A DNA stretch of 64,000 bases from Eledone cirrhosa. Lineage: Eukaryota. The stretch covers positions 18,104,001-18,168,000 of the forward strand of contig OZ024750.1 in the NCBI GenBank assembly GCA_964016885.1, written 5' to 3'. Under the pieces are notes generated by a model. The model saw only the letters and a program-made list of their open reading frames with translations. It ran no database searches and was not told the origin of the DNA. How positions within the stretch are numbered: the first letter of the stretch is position 1; each line of letters starts with the position of its first letter. Shown here one piece after another: positions 14,823-26,611 of the stretch. Made by a program: the position numbers and the translations under genes.

Positions 14823-15136
14823 TTATATATATATAATTCCGACGGAATTACTTCACATATATATATATATATATATTTATTTATATATATATATATATAT
14901 TTATTTATATATATATATATATAAATGTAATCTGAGTTTTTCGAATATTAATAATAACATTCGATTCGTTTGCAATTATGCAAACAAGCCTCAATTTTCT
15001 AGCCATGTGTTGGCATCGCATGCCAAACAAACAAGAGAGATATTTGCGATAATATCAATATGTAGAGTGATGCAGGAGTCCTAAGAACGTCCCATAGAAT
15101 GCTTTTCTATATTCAGTTCGACTCTCTACGCTTTAA

Positions 15137-15585
15137 CCCCTTTAGCATTTTACTTTACTCTATATATACTATTGTATTTCCACGGTAAGGGCTTTATCTT
15201 ACATAGAGGATCGATCGACTTTCGTCAAATCGGACCGAGGAACCAATGTTTCCGTTGGTCTTTCCAATTGTTAATACTAACTATCGGTCGCAAATCCAGG
15301 TAGAAGGAGCAACGTGAAATAAAGTGTCTTGCTCAAGGACATAACGCATCACCCGGTCCAGGAATCGAACTCACAACCTCACGTGTGAGAATCCAAATCT
15401 CTAACCGCTCAGCCACACGCCATCACTATATAATATCTCACATAATATCGAATCTATGAGATTTTAATGTTATTTATTTTGAGAATAATACCTTAACGTA
15501 AGTATGAACGGGCAGATACCACCGGTATAAATAGAAAGAGGTGAGAGAATTCTGGCCGGATACAGCCGGTTTAAATGCTAAAGGG
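15137..15585. mobile_element. piggyBac-like MITE with TTAA duplication, carrying a nested SINE
   Basis: TTAA(15133-36)-cccctttagcattt ... aaatgctaaaggg-TTAA(15586-89). Confidence 0.75.
15295..15422 (-). mobile_element. Older tRNA-derived SINE (family S2) head
   Basis: Minus strand gcgtgtggctgagcggttag (A box), gagttcgattcc (B box), ccttgagcaagacacttt; related copy at about 57280-57392. Confidence 0.7.
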
Positions 15586-16057
15586 TTAAGTTCAAATCCC
15601 GTCAAGGTTGATAATAAAAAAAAGTACCAGTCCTGTACTGGGATCGATTCCACCTATACCCCCCTCTCTCTTTCCTTTTTTAGAAGTGATCGGCTGTTTT
15701 CTGTCTCATAGGGTTAATAATAATAAAATAAAAAATTAACAGTAACAACTGACCACATTCCTGAAATAGTTCTTTTACTTCAGGTAAACATAAACTACAT
15801 CCGCCGAAATCTATTTAACTTCTCGATAACCCGCCTTGCCTTACAAGTATGGATTTAATTAAACCATGTATAATGAACACAAACCGCAAAAAGATGAAGC
15901 CAAATAATATTTATATACCAACTGAATACTGGGGTCGCTATAAAGAATTTCCCCCATCCCTCAAATTGCTGGCCATATGCCAATGTTAGAAACTGTTATA
16001 TTTTACACATTGCGTTATTAATATACACACAACTGGCTTTGTGCCTATACTAGAAAC

Positions 16058-16118
<61 letters not shown>

Positions 16119-16224
16119 GCACACGCACGCACACGCACACGCACACGCACACGCACACGCACACACACACACATCATAATGGATGCAATAAAAACCTGTT
16201 AGATCATTCATTACTCACCAGAGT

Positions 16225-16308
16225 TCTCGATACTTGGGGTAGTAGAGTGGGTAATATGAAAAGACTCGGGAGCCCGACAGCTGAGCTCCTGCCGTTTCAA
16301 TAGCTAGT
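16225..16308 (-). mobile_element. Diverged family C fragment (no palindrome)
   Basis: Minus strand gaaacggcaggagctcagctgtcggg...attacccactctactaccccaagtat. Confidence 0.65.
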
Positions 16309-16637
16309 TCGGAGGTGATTAATCTCATTTGCATATGACGCTGCATAGGTTGGCTCAACTTACAATAGAATAGAGATATGTATAGAAATCTCGTATTTCT
16401 AAAGAAACACGGTATGTTTACAGGTAAACATTTATGTACATAAACCGAAATTTTAATGAAATATGGAGAAGGAAAACAATACTCTCCCCTCTGAGTGTTT
16501 CCCTTTGGAATCTTCCAGCAGATGTTTCCCTTTGGAATCTTCCAACAGATGTTCAAGCTGATAATTAGTCACACAGATCTCACGAGACTGTCACCGACTA
16601 ATGTTATGGTCACTGTCTTTCAGAATGTAGTAAACTA

Positions 16638-17147
16638 TAATTGTTTCTACTTTTGTCACAAGGCGAGCAGTTACTCCAGTGCATTACTGGTACTTTATTT
16701 TATCGACCCCGTAAGGATGAAAGGCAAAGTTAATATCGGTGGGATTTGAACTCAGATCTTAAAGGACCGTGATGAACTAAGCTACGTTAATTTAGTGAAG
16801 TGAGCCGGTGATCAGTCTGAATTCGAATTCAATAATGTATTCGAATATATATATATTCAATAAACAGACCAGGATTTTTTCATTCTGAGGATTGAAAGCA
16901 AAACCTTTTGCTTTTAAGAAACCACTGGTAAATGGAATAATTGCCTTATGTTGTTTATTACATAATTGTTTCTACGTTAGGCACAAGGCCAGCAATTACC
17001 CAGTGTATTACTGGTACTTTATTTTATCGACCCCGTAAGGATGAAAGGCAAAGTTAACCTCGGTGGGATTTGAACTCAGAATAGCAAGGGCCGTAACTCT
17101 ATGCGTCAAAGCATGGCGTCCGACTCTCTACCAATACTGCCAATCCA

Positions 17148-17149
<2 letters not shown>
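16638..17149 (-). mobile_element. Two S1 SINE copies (16638-16770, 16963-17149)
   Basis: Reverse-complement S1 core and tail. Confidence 0.9.
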
Positions 17150-17197
<48 letters not shown>

Positions 17198-17252
17198 CCT
17201 AATATATACCTTCCATATACTGTACCGATTGTGTTGTTATTTCTGTTTACTT

Positions 17253-17307
<55 letters not shown>

Positions 17308-17627
17308 GTGTGTGTGTGTGTGTGGCATACACAAAAGTATTTATAATATATATATTTTTAAAAAAAATGTTTCTCCGCCCTTCCCGATCACCGGATAGGA
17401 GAAAGTATATCATATAGATTATGACTATAATATTATATTATATACAAATATAAATTCACCGAGAATCGCATTTCGTCGGGTAGAAAAAACGAAACGTAAC
17501 GATATATTATATATATCGATACAAAAGAATGTATGACACACAAGTGTGTCACCTGTAACAATGTATTAAACAATGTAACATGTAGCCAATGCTAAAATGA
17601 GGATTAAATTAGGGAAAAGACGATGTC

Positions 17628-17888
17628 AATAATTGTTTCTACATTTGGCACCAGGCCAGCAATTACCCCAGTGTATTACTGGTACTTTATTTTATCGAAC
17701 CCGTCTGGATGAAAGGCAAAGTTAATATTGAATATTTTATTAGTTTTTATTTTTATTTTTTGGTTTCATTATATTTTTCTTCGTGGCATAGAGTTACGGG
17801 CTGAGTTAAAATACCCGCAGAGGTTAGCTTCGTCTTTCATCCTTACGGTGTCACTAAAGGAACTGACAAGAACTAGAGAGAGAGAGTA

Positions 17889-17920
<32 letters not shown>

Positions 17921-18140
17921 GCAGTGAGATAGAGAGAGAGGGGGGGGTGAGTGATAGAGTGGAAATGAGAAAGATATATAGAGGAAGAATCGCCTCCCGT
18001 ATTGGACCGGTAATTTTTTTTATCGACATTGAAAAAATGAAAGGTAAATTTGATCTCGGCGGGATTTGAGCGCAAAGAGCCAAAACAGATACTGCAAAGT
18101 ATTCTATTTGACATTCTTACGACTCTGCCAATTCGCCGCC
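17628..18140. mobile_element. Three S1-related SINE fragments of mixed orientation
   Basis: 17628-17724 (-), about 17780-17850 (+), about 17980-18140 (-, diverged). Confidence 0.7.
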
Positions 18141-19039
18141 TCCTAAGTATGTATCAGTGTCGTAACAAGTTGATGATTCTCCTGAGCTGGTTGTTGGCCC
18201 TCCGCAGAATAGTCGAATGATGAGGCTGCCATCTTGTCGAAGAGCCGACGCGCCAGAGTTCACCATTATTCTGGAACCTTCCCGGGAGACTGGCCCGCCG
18301 CCAAGGATGGCCCTACAAAGAGCAAAGCTCCAAACGGAACCCGCAAGCCTCTTTGTCACGACAAGGCCAGACCTGGTACCACTGACCAGGATGACTGCAG
18401 TCCTATCGAGTAAGAGCGATAAATAGATAGATAAGTATGTATACAACCACAAAATGGTAAGCGTCCGGTATACCTAAATTAACGGTGATATTCTTACCAG
18501 GTAACAGAGTGTCTAATTTTTACCTTTATTTTACCTTTTTATATATAATTTCGTTAAACAATATTGAAGTTAGCTGGTATTAATGTTATTCTATTGACAT
18601 TAAACCAGGTGAACAATCACATAATTTGTGTGTACACACTGTGTAATATCAACAACAATAACAGCTGTTGCGACAACATCATCAAAATGAAACCTACATA
18701 TTTGTGAAACAATACAAAATATAGCGTGTCGAGAAATTTGAGAAATATATTTAATATCTTTAGTCGAGACTTGTTGAAGGAGAAGAATACAAACAAAAGC
18801 TACGGGTTGCAAGAGGAAACTGAGAAGGCCGATAGTTGTTATGATAAAAATGTGATTAATAATAAGTCGGAAAGTTTCATTATCAAATTGTTTGGCTTTT
18901 CATGGCCTCCGCGTAGTTTGAGTTGGCAAAGGGGGCGAGATATTACATTTACCATGCTGTGTAGGTGGTGATACTCTGGATTGCCAGATCGACTATTGTC
19001 GGCGAAATGGTGGTTGGGTCGTGGACACAGCATCGCCAA

Positions 19040-19170
19040 ATGTTTATAGAGTTCGCTTCGCAATCATTAGGTCTTGGGTTTGACCCCAGTGCGTGATATC
19101 TTGGGCAAGTGCCTTTTAAAATAGCTTCACGTCGAGTGAAAGTGGGTAGACGAACATCGTTTGGAAGCTC
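19040..19170 (+). mobile_element. Diverged older SINE fragment
   Basis: gggtttgaccccagtgcgtgatatcttgggcaagtg...ggtagacg..gaagc; related pieces at about 39000-39130, 42050-42270 and 58270-58335. Confidence 0.55.
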
Positions 19171-19319
19171 ACTACTACCACCACTACTACCACCACTACT
19201 ACCACTACTATCACCTTCCCTACAAGTAATATATTACTTGCATCTTCCTTTTCATTTCATATTTCTTCATCACCAGTAATAACGTCACAATAAAACTTAC
19301 TGTATCACTACCCTCACAC

Positions 19320-19459
19320 TCAACACAGCAGCAACAACAGCAGTAGTAGTACCAGTAGTAGCAGTGGTAGTAGCAGTAGTAACAGCAGCAGCAGCAGCAG
19401 CAGCAGTAGCAGTAGTAGTAGCAGTGGTAGTAGTAATAGCAGCAGCAGTAGTAGTAGTA

Positions 19460-19510
<51 letters not shown>

Positions 19511-19515
19511 ACAGC

Positions 19516-19557
<42 letters not shown>

Positions 19558-19558
19558 T
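19320..19558. repeat. (AGT)n/(AGC)n trinucleotide repeat
   Basis: Direct reading. Confidence 0.95.
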
Positions 19559-19709
19559 ATGATAAGATATTCAATTGCACTTTTATATAGCGGTAATTCG
19601 AAAAGTGTAATGAAAGAAAGAGAGTGTGCCAAGACTTGTATGTCTTAACATCTTCTGAAATAACTGAACCAGGAACACCTTACAGCTATAATAACGGTTT
19701 CTATAGTAC

Positions 19710-20247
19710 TCCGCCACCACCACCGTCCTCACTGCTCCGCCACCGTCCTCACTTCACCGCCACCGTCCTCACTGCACCGCCACCGTCCTCACTTCACCGC
19801 CACCGTCCTCACTTCACCACCACCGCCCTCACTTCTCCGCCACCGCCCTCACTTCTCCGCCACCGCCCTCACTTCTCCGCCACCGTCCTCACTTCTCCGC
19901 CACCGTCCTCACTTCTCCGCCACCGTCCTCACTGCACCGCCACCGTCCTCACTTCACTGCCACCGCCCTCACTTCTACGCCACCGCCCTCACTTCTCCGC
20001 CACCGTCCTCACCTCGCCGCCACCGCCCTCACTTCTCCGCCACCGTCCTCACTTCACCGCCACCGTCCTCACTTCTCCGCCACCGTCCTCACTGCACCGC
20101 CACCGTCCTCACTTCACTGCCACCGCCCTCACTTCTACGCCACCGCCCTCACTTCTCCGCCACCGTCCTCACCTCGCCGCCACCGCCCTCACTTCTCCGC
20201 CACCGTCCTCACTTCACCGCCACCGTCCTCACTTCTCCGCCACCGTA
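19710..20247. repeat. 20/21-bp C-rich minisatellite, about 26 copies
   Basis: Unit ccgccaccg(t/c)cctcacttc(a/t). Confidence 0.95.
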
Positions 20248-21351
20248 CCGTGAAAAGTGATCCAACTTAACTTACCGAGAAAAATATACATAAAAGTATA
20301 TTTCATCTGAGTAAGAGTGTTGGTTAGAGTGAAGGAAGGGAGGAGGGTGATGGAGGCAAAGTGAAAAACAAAATTGTAGCTTGATGAAATAAACCATTTT
20401 ATGTCGAATAAAAGTGAAGTTAATTAAGTATCGATCACATTGAAGTAGAATTAGAGAGAAGGCAATTAATTACACCATGTCCTGACCTCCCGTTTTCGGA
20501 TCTTTCACAAATAAAACAAGGGGAAGTAACTGAGAAATAATTACGTTTGCTAATCGGAAACGTATTTACGTCAGTGATAGTTTGCAAGGGGTTATTAGTA
20601 ATTCGCCCACAGCACATCCAATGAAACGAGTATACGGAACGAAAAGGTGGCAGCAACACAGGCGGTGGTGGGTAGGGAAAAAAAAAAAAAAAAGAGTGGA
20701 GGTTAGAGTTAGATGATAGAGAAATTGATAAATAAATGTGTTTGGCGTGGTGTAGTGGTGTTGTAGTATGGTGCTGTATGGTGCTGTATGGTGTAGTGTT
20801 TGTATATGTGTGCATGTGTTTGTGATTGTATGCATGTCTAAAAGTGGTGGTTTGGGTCGACGATAAAATTGTAGAAATGTCGCCGTTGGCAAGTGAGTTA
20901 AGGTCACCAGGCGGTCAGTTGGCGCGTAATCAGATTCGTTCGCTTGTTTGCTTCTTGTTCTTGTTCTTTTTCTTCCTTACCCTCTTCCCCCGCTTTCTAA
21001 GAATTATTTTCAATTCTAAACATATATTGGCGGCGCCTTCTGAAGAAGTAAACCAGTATAAGCATGAACATGTCGTTTGATGCAGTCTGTTAAATTGTCT
21101 CTACTGTACGCTATATATGATGTATGCATGAGTCATCAATCTAATTTCGATCGTTTGAAACCAAACTTAGTACCAGTATTTACTGCATGAAGCAACTCTT
21201 TTAATTGCTCTTCTTCTCTGGCATCACTTATATGTATAGAAATAGCAAGGGGTGAACATTTTAATTTAGATCTGAACAGTTAAATCAGAAAAAGTTTCCA
21301 ATAAACATATGTATACCCCCGAACGTAAGGATGATAATGATGGTGGCAATA

Positions 21352-22136
21352 TTTGTTTCTACTTTTGGCACAAGGCCAGCAAATATCCCAGTACATTACT
21401 GGTACTTTATTTTATCGACTCCGTAAGAATGAAAGGCATAGTTAACCTCGGCGGGATTTGAACTCAGAACGCAAAAGAGCATAACCTTATGCTGCAAAGT
21501 ATGGTGTCTGATGCTCTACCGGTACTGCCAAACCACCGCCATACTTTTAGTACAAGGCCAGCAATTATCCCAGTTTATTACTGGTACTTTCTTTTTTCGA
21601 CCCCGTAAGGATGAAAGGCAAAGTTATCCTCGGCGGCGGGATTTGAACTCAGAATGGAAAGGGCCATAACTCTATGCTGCAAAGCATGGCGTCCGACCCT
21701 CTATTGATACTGCCAATGGTGGTAATAATGGCAATAAGGAAGGATTGGGAGAGTCGTTAGAGCGTTGGACAAATGCTTGAGAGTATTTGTCCCAAATCCT
21801 GCCGAGTTCAAATCTCACCGATGTCAACTTTGTTTTTCAACCTCCTGGATTTCGATAAAGTAAAGTACTAAAATCGATCTAATTGACTTTCCCTTCCCCC
21901 AAAAACTACTAGCCTTGTGTCTAAGTTAAGAAATCATTATTATTAATCATTAGTGGATTGGCACTATCGGTAGAGGGTCGGGCGCCACGCTTTGCAGCAT
22001 AGAGTTACGGCCCTTTACGGTTTGAGTTCAAATCCCACCGAGGTTAACTTGACTTTTCATCCTTACGGGGTAGATGAAATAAAGTACCAGTAATGCACTG
22101 GGGGTATTTGCTGGCCTTGTGCCAAAAGTAGAAACA
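21352..22136. mobile_element. Cluster of four S1-type SINEs (-,-,+,+)
   Basis: 21352-21540, 21544-21716, 21745-21940 (diverged), 21952-22136. Confidence 0.9.
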
Positions 22137-22178
22137 AGGAAATCATCAGGAAAGTCGACTATCAATGTAACAGTCGGC

Positions 22179-22225
22179 TTACCTGATGATTTCCTTCGAA
22201 TGAAACAGTTCTAGTCCTGTAGAAG
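22179..22225 (+). ncRNA. Type I hammerhead motif, family B (intact core)
   Basis: CTGATGA(22183-89)-tttc cttc gaat-GAAA(22202-05)-cag ttctagtc ctg-TA-gaag. Stem I has one mismatch in this copy and stem II closes with U-U. Confidence 0.6.
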
Positions 22226-22425
22226 CCATTTTTATATTAAATATTTATACTCTATGTATTGTGTACCTTAATTAGTGTAGTTAACCCCGATTAAACCCAA
22301 CACACACACACACATATATATGTGTGTGTGTGTGTGTATGTATGTATATATACAGAATATCTATATCTATATATATATATCACATAAGGAACGGAGAATC
22401 AGTGGTGCGACGAATAAGATTTATT

Positions 22426-22522
22426 AGACATATTACAATCGTTTCTCTGGCGACCAGCTCGAGGCTCAATCGATGCAATGATCAAACCTGACTCTGAAAT
22501 CACAAGATCCTCGGATATGTCT
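22426..22522 (-). ncRNA. Hammerhead-like motif, family E, with long stem II insert
   Basis: Minus strand agacatat-CCGAGGA-tct[insert]aga-GAAA-cgattg-TA-atatgtct. Perfect 8-bp stem I; U4>C in the core. Confidence 0.5.
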
Positions 22523-22638
22523 CGATTCTACATATATATAAGAGATGTCAACATGAATGGACCTGTTATTTTTATCTAAAGACATTTTTTCCAAATCCAA
22601 CCCGCCCGTCTCTTCAATCTATCTTATTTCTCATTCTT

Positions 22639-22748
22639 TCTTTTGATGAAGGACAAGCGTCCCGAAACGTTAAGACCCAAGCGTTAATCTAATATATTCT
22701 TTCCATATACTGTACCGATTGTGTTGTTATTTCTGTTTACCTTTTCCA
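22639..22748 (+). mobile_element. Degenerate hammerhead family D plus tail
   Basis: tctt-TTGATGA-aggac aagc gtccc-GAAA-cg-TT-aaga, followed by a tail repeated at 1727, 17200 and 37272. Confidence 0.6.
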
Positions 22749-22826
22749 CACACACACACACACATATATACACACATATATATACAATATATTAACAAAT
22801 GGAAACTATATTTATAAAACCAAATT

Positions 22827-22892
22827 TATTTCATTATACATATTTCAAGGGCCACCAAGGTAAACTATGGTGCGCTTTCATCAGATAAAATA
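22827..22892 (-). ncRNA. Minimal type I hammerhead motif, family A
   Basis: Minus strand tattttat-CTGATGA-aagcgcacca..tggtggccctt-GAAA-tatgta-TA-atgaaata; flanks homologous to 3420-3545. Confidence 0.7.
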
Positions 22893-22978
22893 TAATATAG
22901 GTTAGTTTTACAAATAAATATTGACATACCCAACAAATTAAATATAACCTCTACATACATATATATATATAAATATAA

Positions 22979-23050
<72 letters not shown>

Positions 23051-23454
23051 ATGTGTGTATGTATGTATGTGATACAGTCATTGTTTCTATATGTTAAGAG
23101 TAAATCAGTTTTGTTAGAGGATGTTTTGTTCTGTATGACCCCAGAAATCCACCCAGGGGGACACTAATCGGGGTGTGAAATATTTGATGCTTAAGCAATT
23201 ATTTCTTGGAAATACTTCTAAAGGTTCAGATGGGCTGAACAATTAATTTAAAACAAACAATAAGGAAAGAGATGTAGACGGAAGAGGAAGATAATGGAGG
23301 GGGAAGGGGGAGGGGCGTGTGGATGGAGCTGTGGGGGAGGGGAGGGGGAAGAGGATGGAGGAGAAGAATAAGAAGATAATGATGATGATGATGATGATGA
23401 GGAAAAAGAACATTAGAAAACCACAATAACATGAATACCTTCTCAGCCACCATC

Positions 23455-23601
23455 AACTACTACTACTACTACTACTTCTACTACTACTACTACTATTAGA
23501 ACTACTACTACTAATACTACTACTACTACTAGAACTACTACTACTATTACTACTACCCCACCCCCAAAACAAACACTATCTCTGCTGTGCTGCAACTACT
23601 G

Positions 23602-23646
<45 letters not shown>

Positions 23647-24302
23647 AAAACACCACAACTACTATCACACCCACCATAACCAACACCACTACTACTATTA
23701 CTATTACTACCACCACTACCACCACCACCACCACCACTACCGTCATCACTACCGCCACCACTACCACCACCACAACCACCACCACCACTACCACTACTAC
23801 CATCACTACCACCACCACCACCACCACCACCACCACCACCACAACCACCACCACCACAACTACCACTACCACCATGACCAACACCACTACCACCACTACC
23901 ACTACCACCACCACTACCGCCACCACTACCACCACCACCACTACCACCACCACCACCACTACTACCACCACCACCACCACCACCACTACCACCACCACCA
24001 TCACAACCACCATCACAACCACCACTACCACTACCACCATGACCAACACCACTACCACTACGACTACCACTACCACCACCATCACTACTACTACCACAAC
24101 CACCACAACCACCACCACCACCACCACCACTACCACCACCAGCACCACTACCACCACCACTACCACCACTGCCACCACCACCACCATTACCCCCCCCCCT
24201 CCCCCACCCCCACCACCACTACCACCATAACTACTACCACCACTACCACCACCACCACCACCACCACCACCACCACCACCACCACCACCACCACCACCAC
24301 TA
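23455..24302. repeat. (ACT)n/(ACC)n trinucleotide repeat
   Basis: Direct reading. Confidence 0.95.
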
Positions 24303-24457
24303 CAGCATAAACAGTACGAGAGCAGGAACTACGAACAGCACTTACAATAACAACAAGAACAAGACTAACTACCAGAAGTGACTCCAAGCGTGCAATTACA
24401 GTTTGATTATTTACACAAAAATATTTATAACATACGATCTTAGACACGAAGCACGCC

Positions 24458-24689
24458 TACATACATACATACATACACACATACATACACACACACACAC
24501 ATACATACATACATACATACACACACACATACATACATACATACATACATACATGCATACATGCATACATACATACACACATGCATACATGCATACATAC
24601 ATACATACATACATACATACATACATGCATACATGCATGCATACATACATACATACATACATACATACATGCATACATGCATACATACA

Positions 24690-24721
<32 letters not shown>

Positions 24722-25010
24722 CATGCATACATACAGACATACATGCATACACGCATACATACACGCATACATACATACATACATACATACATACATGCAT
24801 GCATACATACATACATACATGCATACATACACACACACATACATACATACACACATACATACATACATACATATACATGCATACATACATACATACATAC
24901 ATACATACATACATACATACATACACACATACATACATACATACATACATACATACACATATACATGCATACATGCATACATGCATACATGCATACATAC
25001 ATACACATAC
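24458..25010. repeat. (CATA)n/(CATG) tetranucleotide repeat
   Basis: Direct reading. Confidence 0.95.
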
Positions 25011-25048
25011 GGAATGTAGTCTACTGAAAGCACAGCCCTGGGACAAAT

Positions 25049-25102
<54 letters not shown>

Positions 25103-25143
25103 TATATATATATACACACACACACACATACACATTCACACAT

Positions 25144-25188
<45 letters not shown>

Positions 25189-25236
25189 AATATTTATATA
25201 TATATTTATATATGTATATATATAATACAGAAATGG

Positions 25237-25283
25237 CTTCTACAGGACCAGAACTGTGTCATTCGGGAGAAATCATCAGGAAG
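25237..25283 (-). ncRNA. Hammerhead family B copy, probably inactive (GAAA>GACA)
   Basis: Minus strand cttc-CTGATGA-tttc tccc gaat-GACA-cag ttctggtc ctg-TA-gaag; perfect 4-bp stem I. Confidence 0.6.
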
Positions 25284-25701
25284 TAGAGGTGGTGGTGTTG
25301 GTGGTGGTTGTGTTGGTGATGGTGTTGGTGGTGGTGATGGTGTTGGTGGTGGTGTTGTTGGTGGTGGTGGTGTTGGTGGTGTTGGTGATGGTGTTGGTGG
25401 TGGTGTTGGTGGTGGTAGTGTTGTTGGTGGTGTTGGTGGTGGTAGTAGATGTGGTCATGTACTAGTTCAACATATATTTGCTGTACGGGGAAGATATGCA
25501 CTCAGCCCAGCAAGCTAACAAAACAGCAGACAATTGTACAATCTTCTCGCCGCCTATGTAGTGAACTACATCACATCATTGGTAACTATTTTACCTGAAA
25601 GGGAGGCAAAGAATGGAGAATTGAATGAAGTAAGGAATGAAGGAAGAAAAGAACGAACGAAAGAAGGATGGTAAGACAGAAGGAAAACAAGCAGGATAAT
25701 A

Positions 25702-25857
25702 AGTTTCTACTTTTGGCACAAGGCCAGCAAATACTCAGTAAATTACTGGTACTTTATTTTATCGATCCCGTAAGGATGAAAGGCAAAGTTAACCTCGGTG
25801 GGACGTAACTAAGCTGGAAAGCATGTCCGACCCTCTACCGATACTGCCAATTCACCT
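25702..25857 (-). mobile_element. S1 SINE with B-box region deleted
   Basis: The core runs directly into ggacgtaact without gatttgaactcag. Confidence 0.85.
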
Positions 25858-26342
25858 AATTCCAAATAATTTGGTCCCCTTCGAAGACAAATGACGCCAT
25901 TACTGTTGTTCTAAATGTTCTCATACTGTGTTCTTCCACTTTGCCAATTTAGTTTCTGTTATTAATTAGCAAAATCTATTTTTATAAAATCTGATTAGAA
26001 AGTTCCCGAATACCAGATGGCAAAAGATAAAAATCGTTTTTTTTTTCAAAAACATTAACTCGCTCTCCCCCTGGGTTCATAGCATGCCATTTGTCTTTAT
26101 TTTTATAAAATCCTGTTTAGGATATACAAATGAATACTCGATTCGAAAAATTTCCTTTTCAAAACAGTTCCCCAGCAACCTCCTGGGTTTATAGCTTGTG
26201 ATAATTGTCTTACTATAGAAATAATAAAGCATTCCAATGTGGGATTTTTGTCGTTGTTAATGCTGTTGTTTTTGTTCGACCAGCCGTATTCTTCATGGTG
26301 TTTTTTTTTTTTTTTTTCAGACAATGTATATCTAAGATTATA

Positions 26343-26398
<56 letters not shown>

Positions 26399-26611
26399 TC
26401 TTATAGTATGAAATGTTTCGTTGATTTCTTTTTGTAAATATTGTGGTTGATGTGATTTGAAACAGATTTTTCTAGCAGAAATGAGTGACCATCCAAAGAG
26501 CCCATCCAAAGCTACTTCTTTCTCCGTTGGAGATGATATGAGGGGGGAAGTTTTGAAAATGTCAACCATATTGAGGATGGTGATAAGATTGCGAAGAAGT
26601 TGAGGAATGTT

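Noticed and set aside
16884-16915. CTGAGGA-tt-GAAA-gcaaaa/ttttgc-TT hammerhead-like string
   Set aside because: No stem II and no stem I pairing.
19624-20253. 209-aa Pro/His-rich ORF
   Set aside because: It is essentially the 20/21-bp minisatellite; unit length varies without preserving a single peptide repeat.
23576-24230. Mucin-like poly-Thr / poly-Val ORFs
   Set aside because: Pure (ACC/ACT)n repeat with no flanking coding signal.
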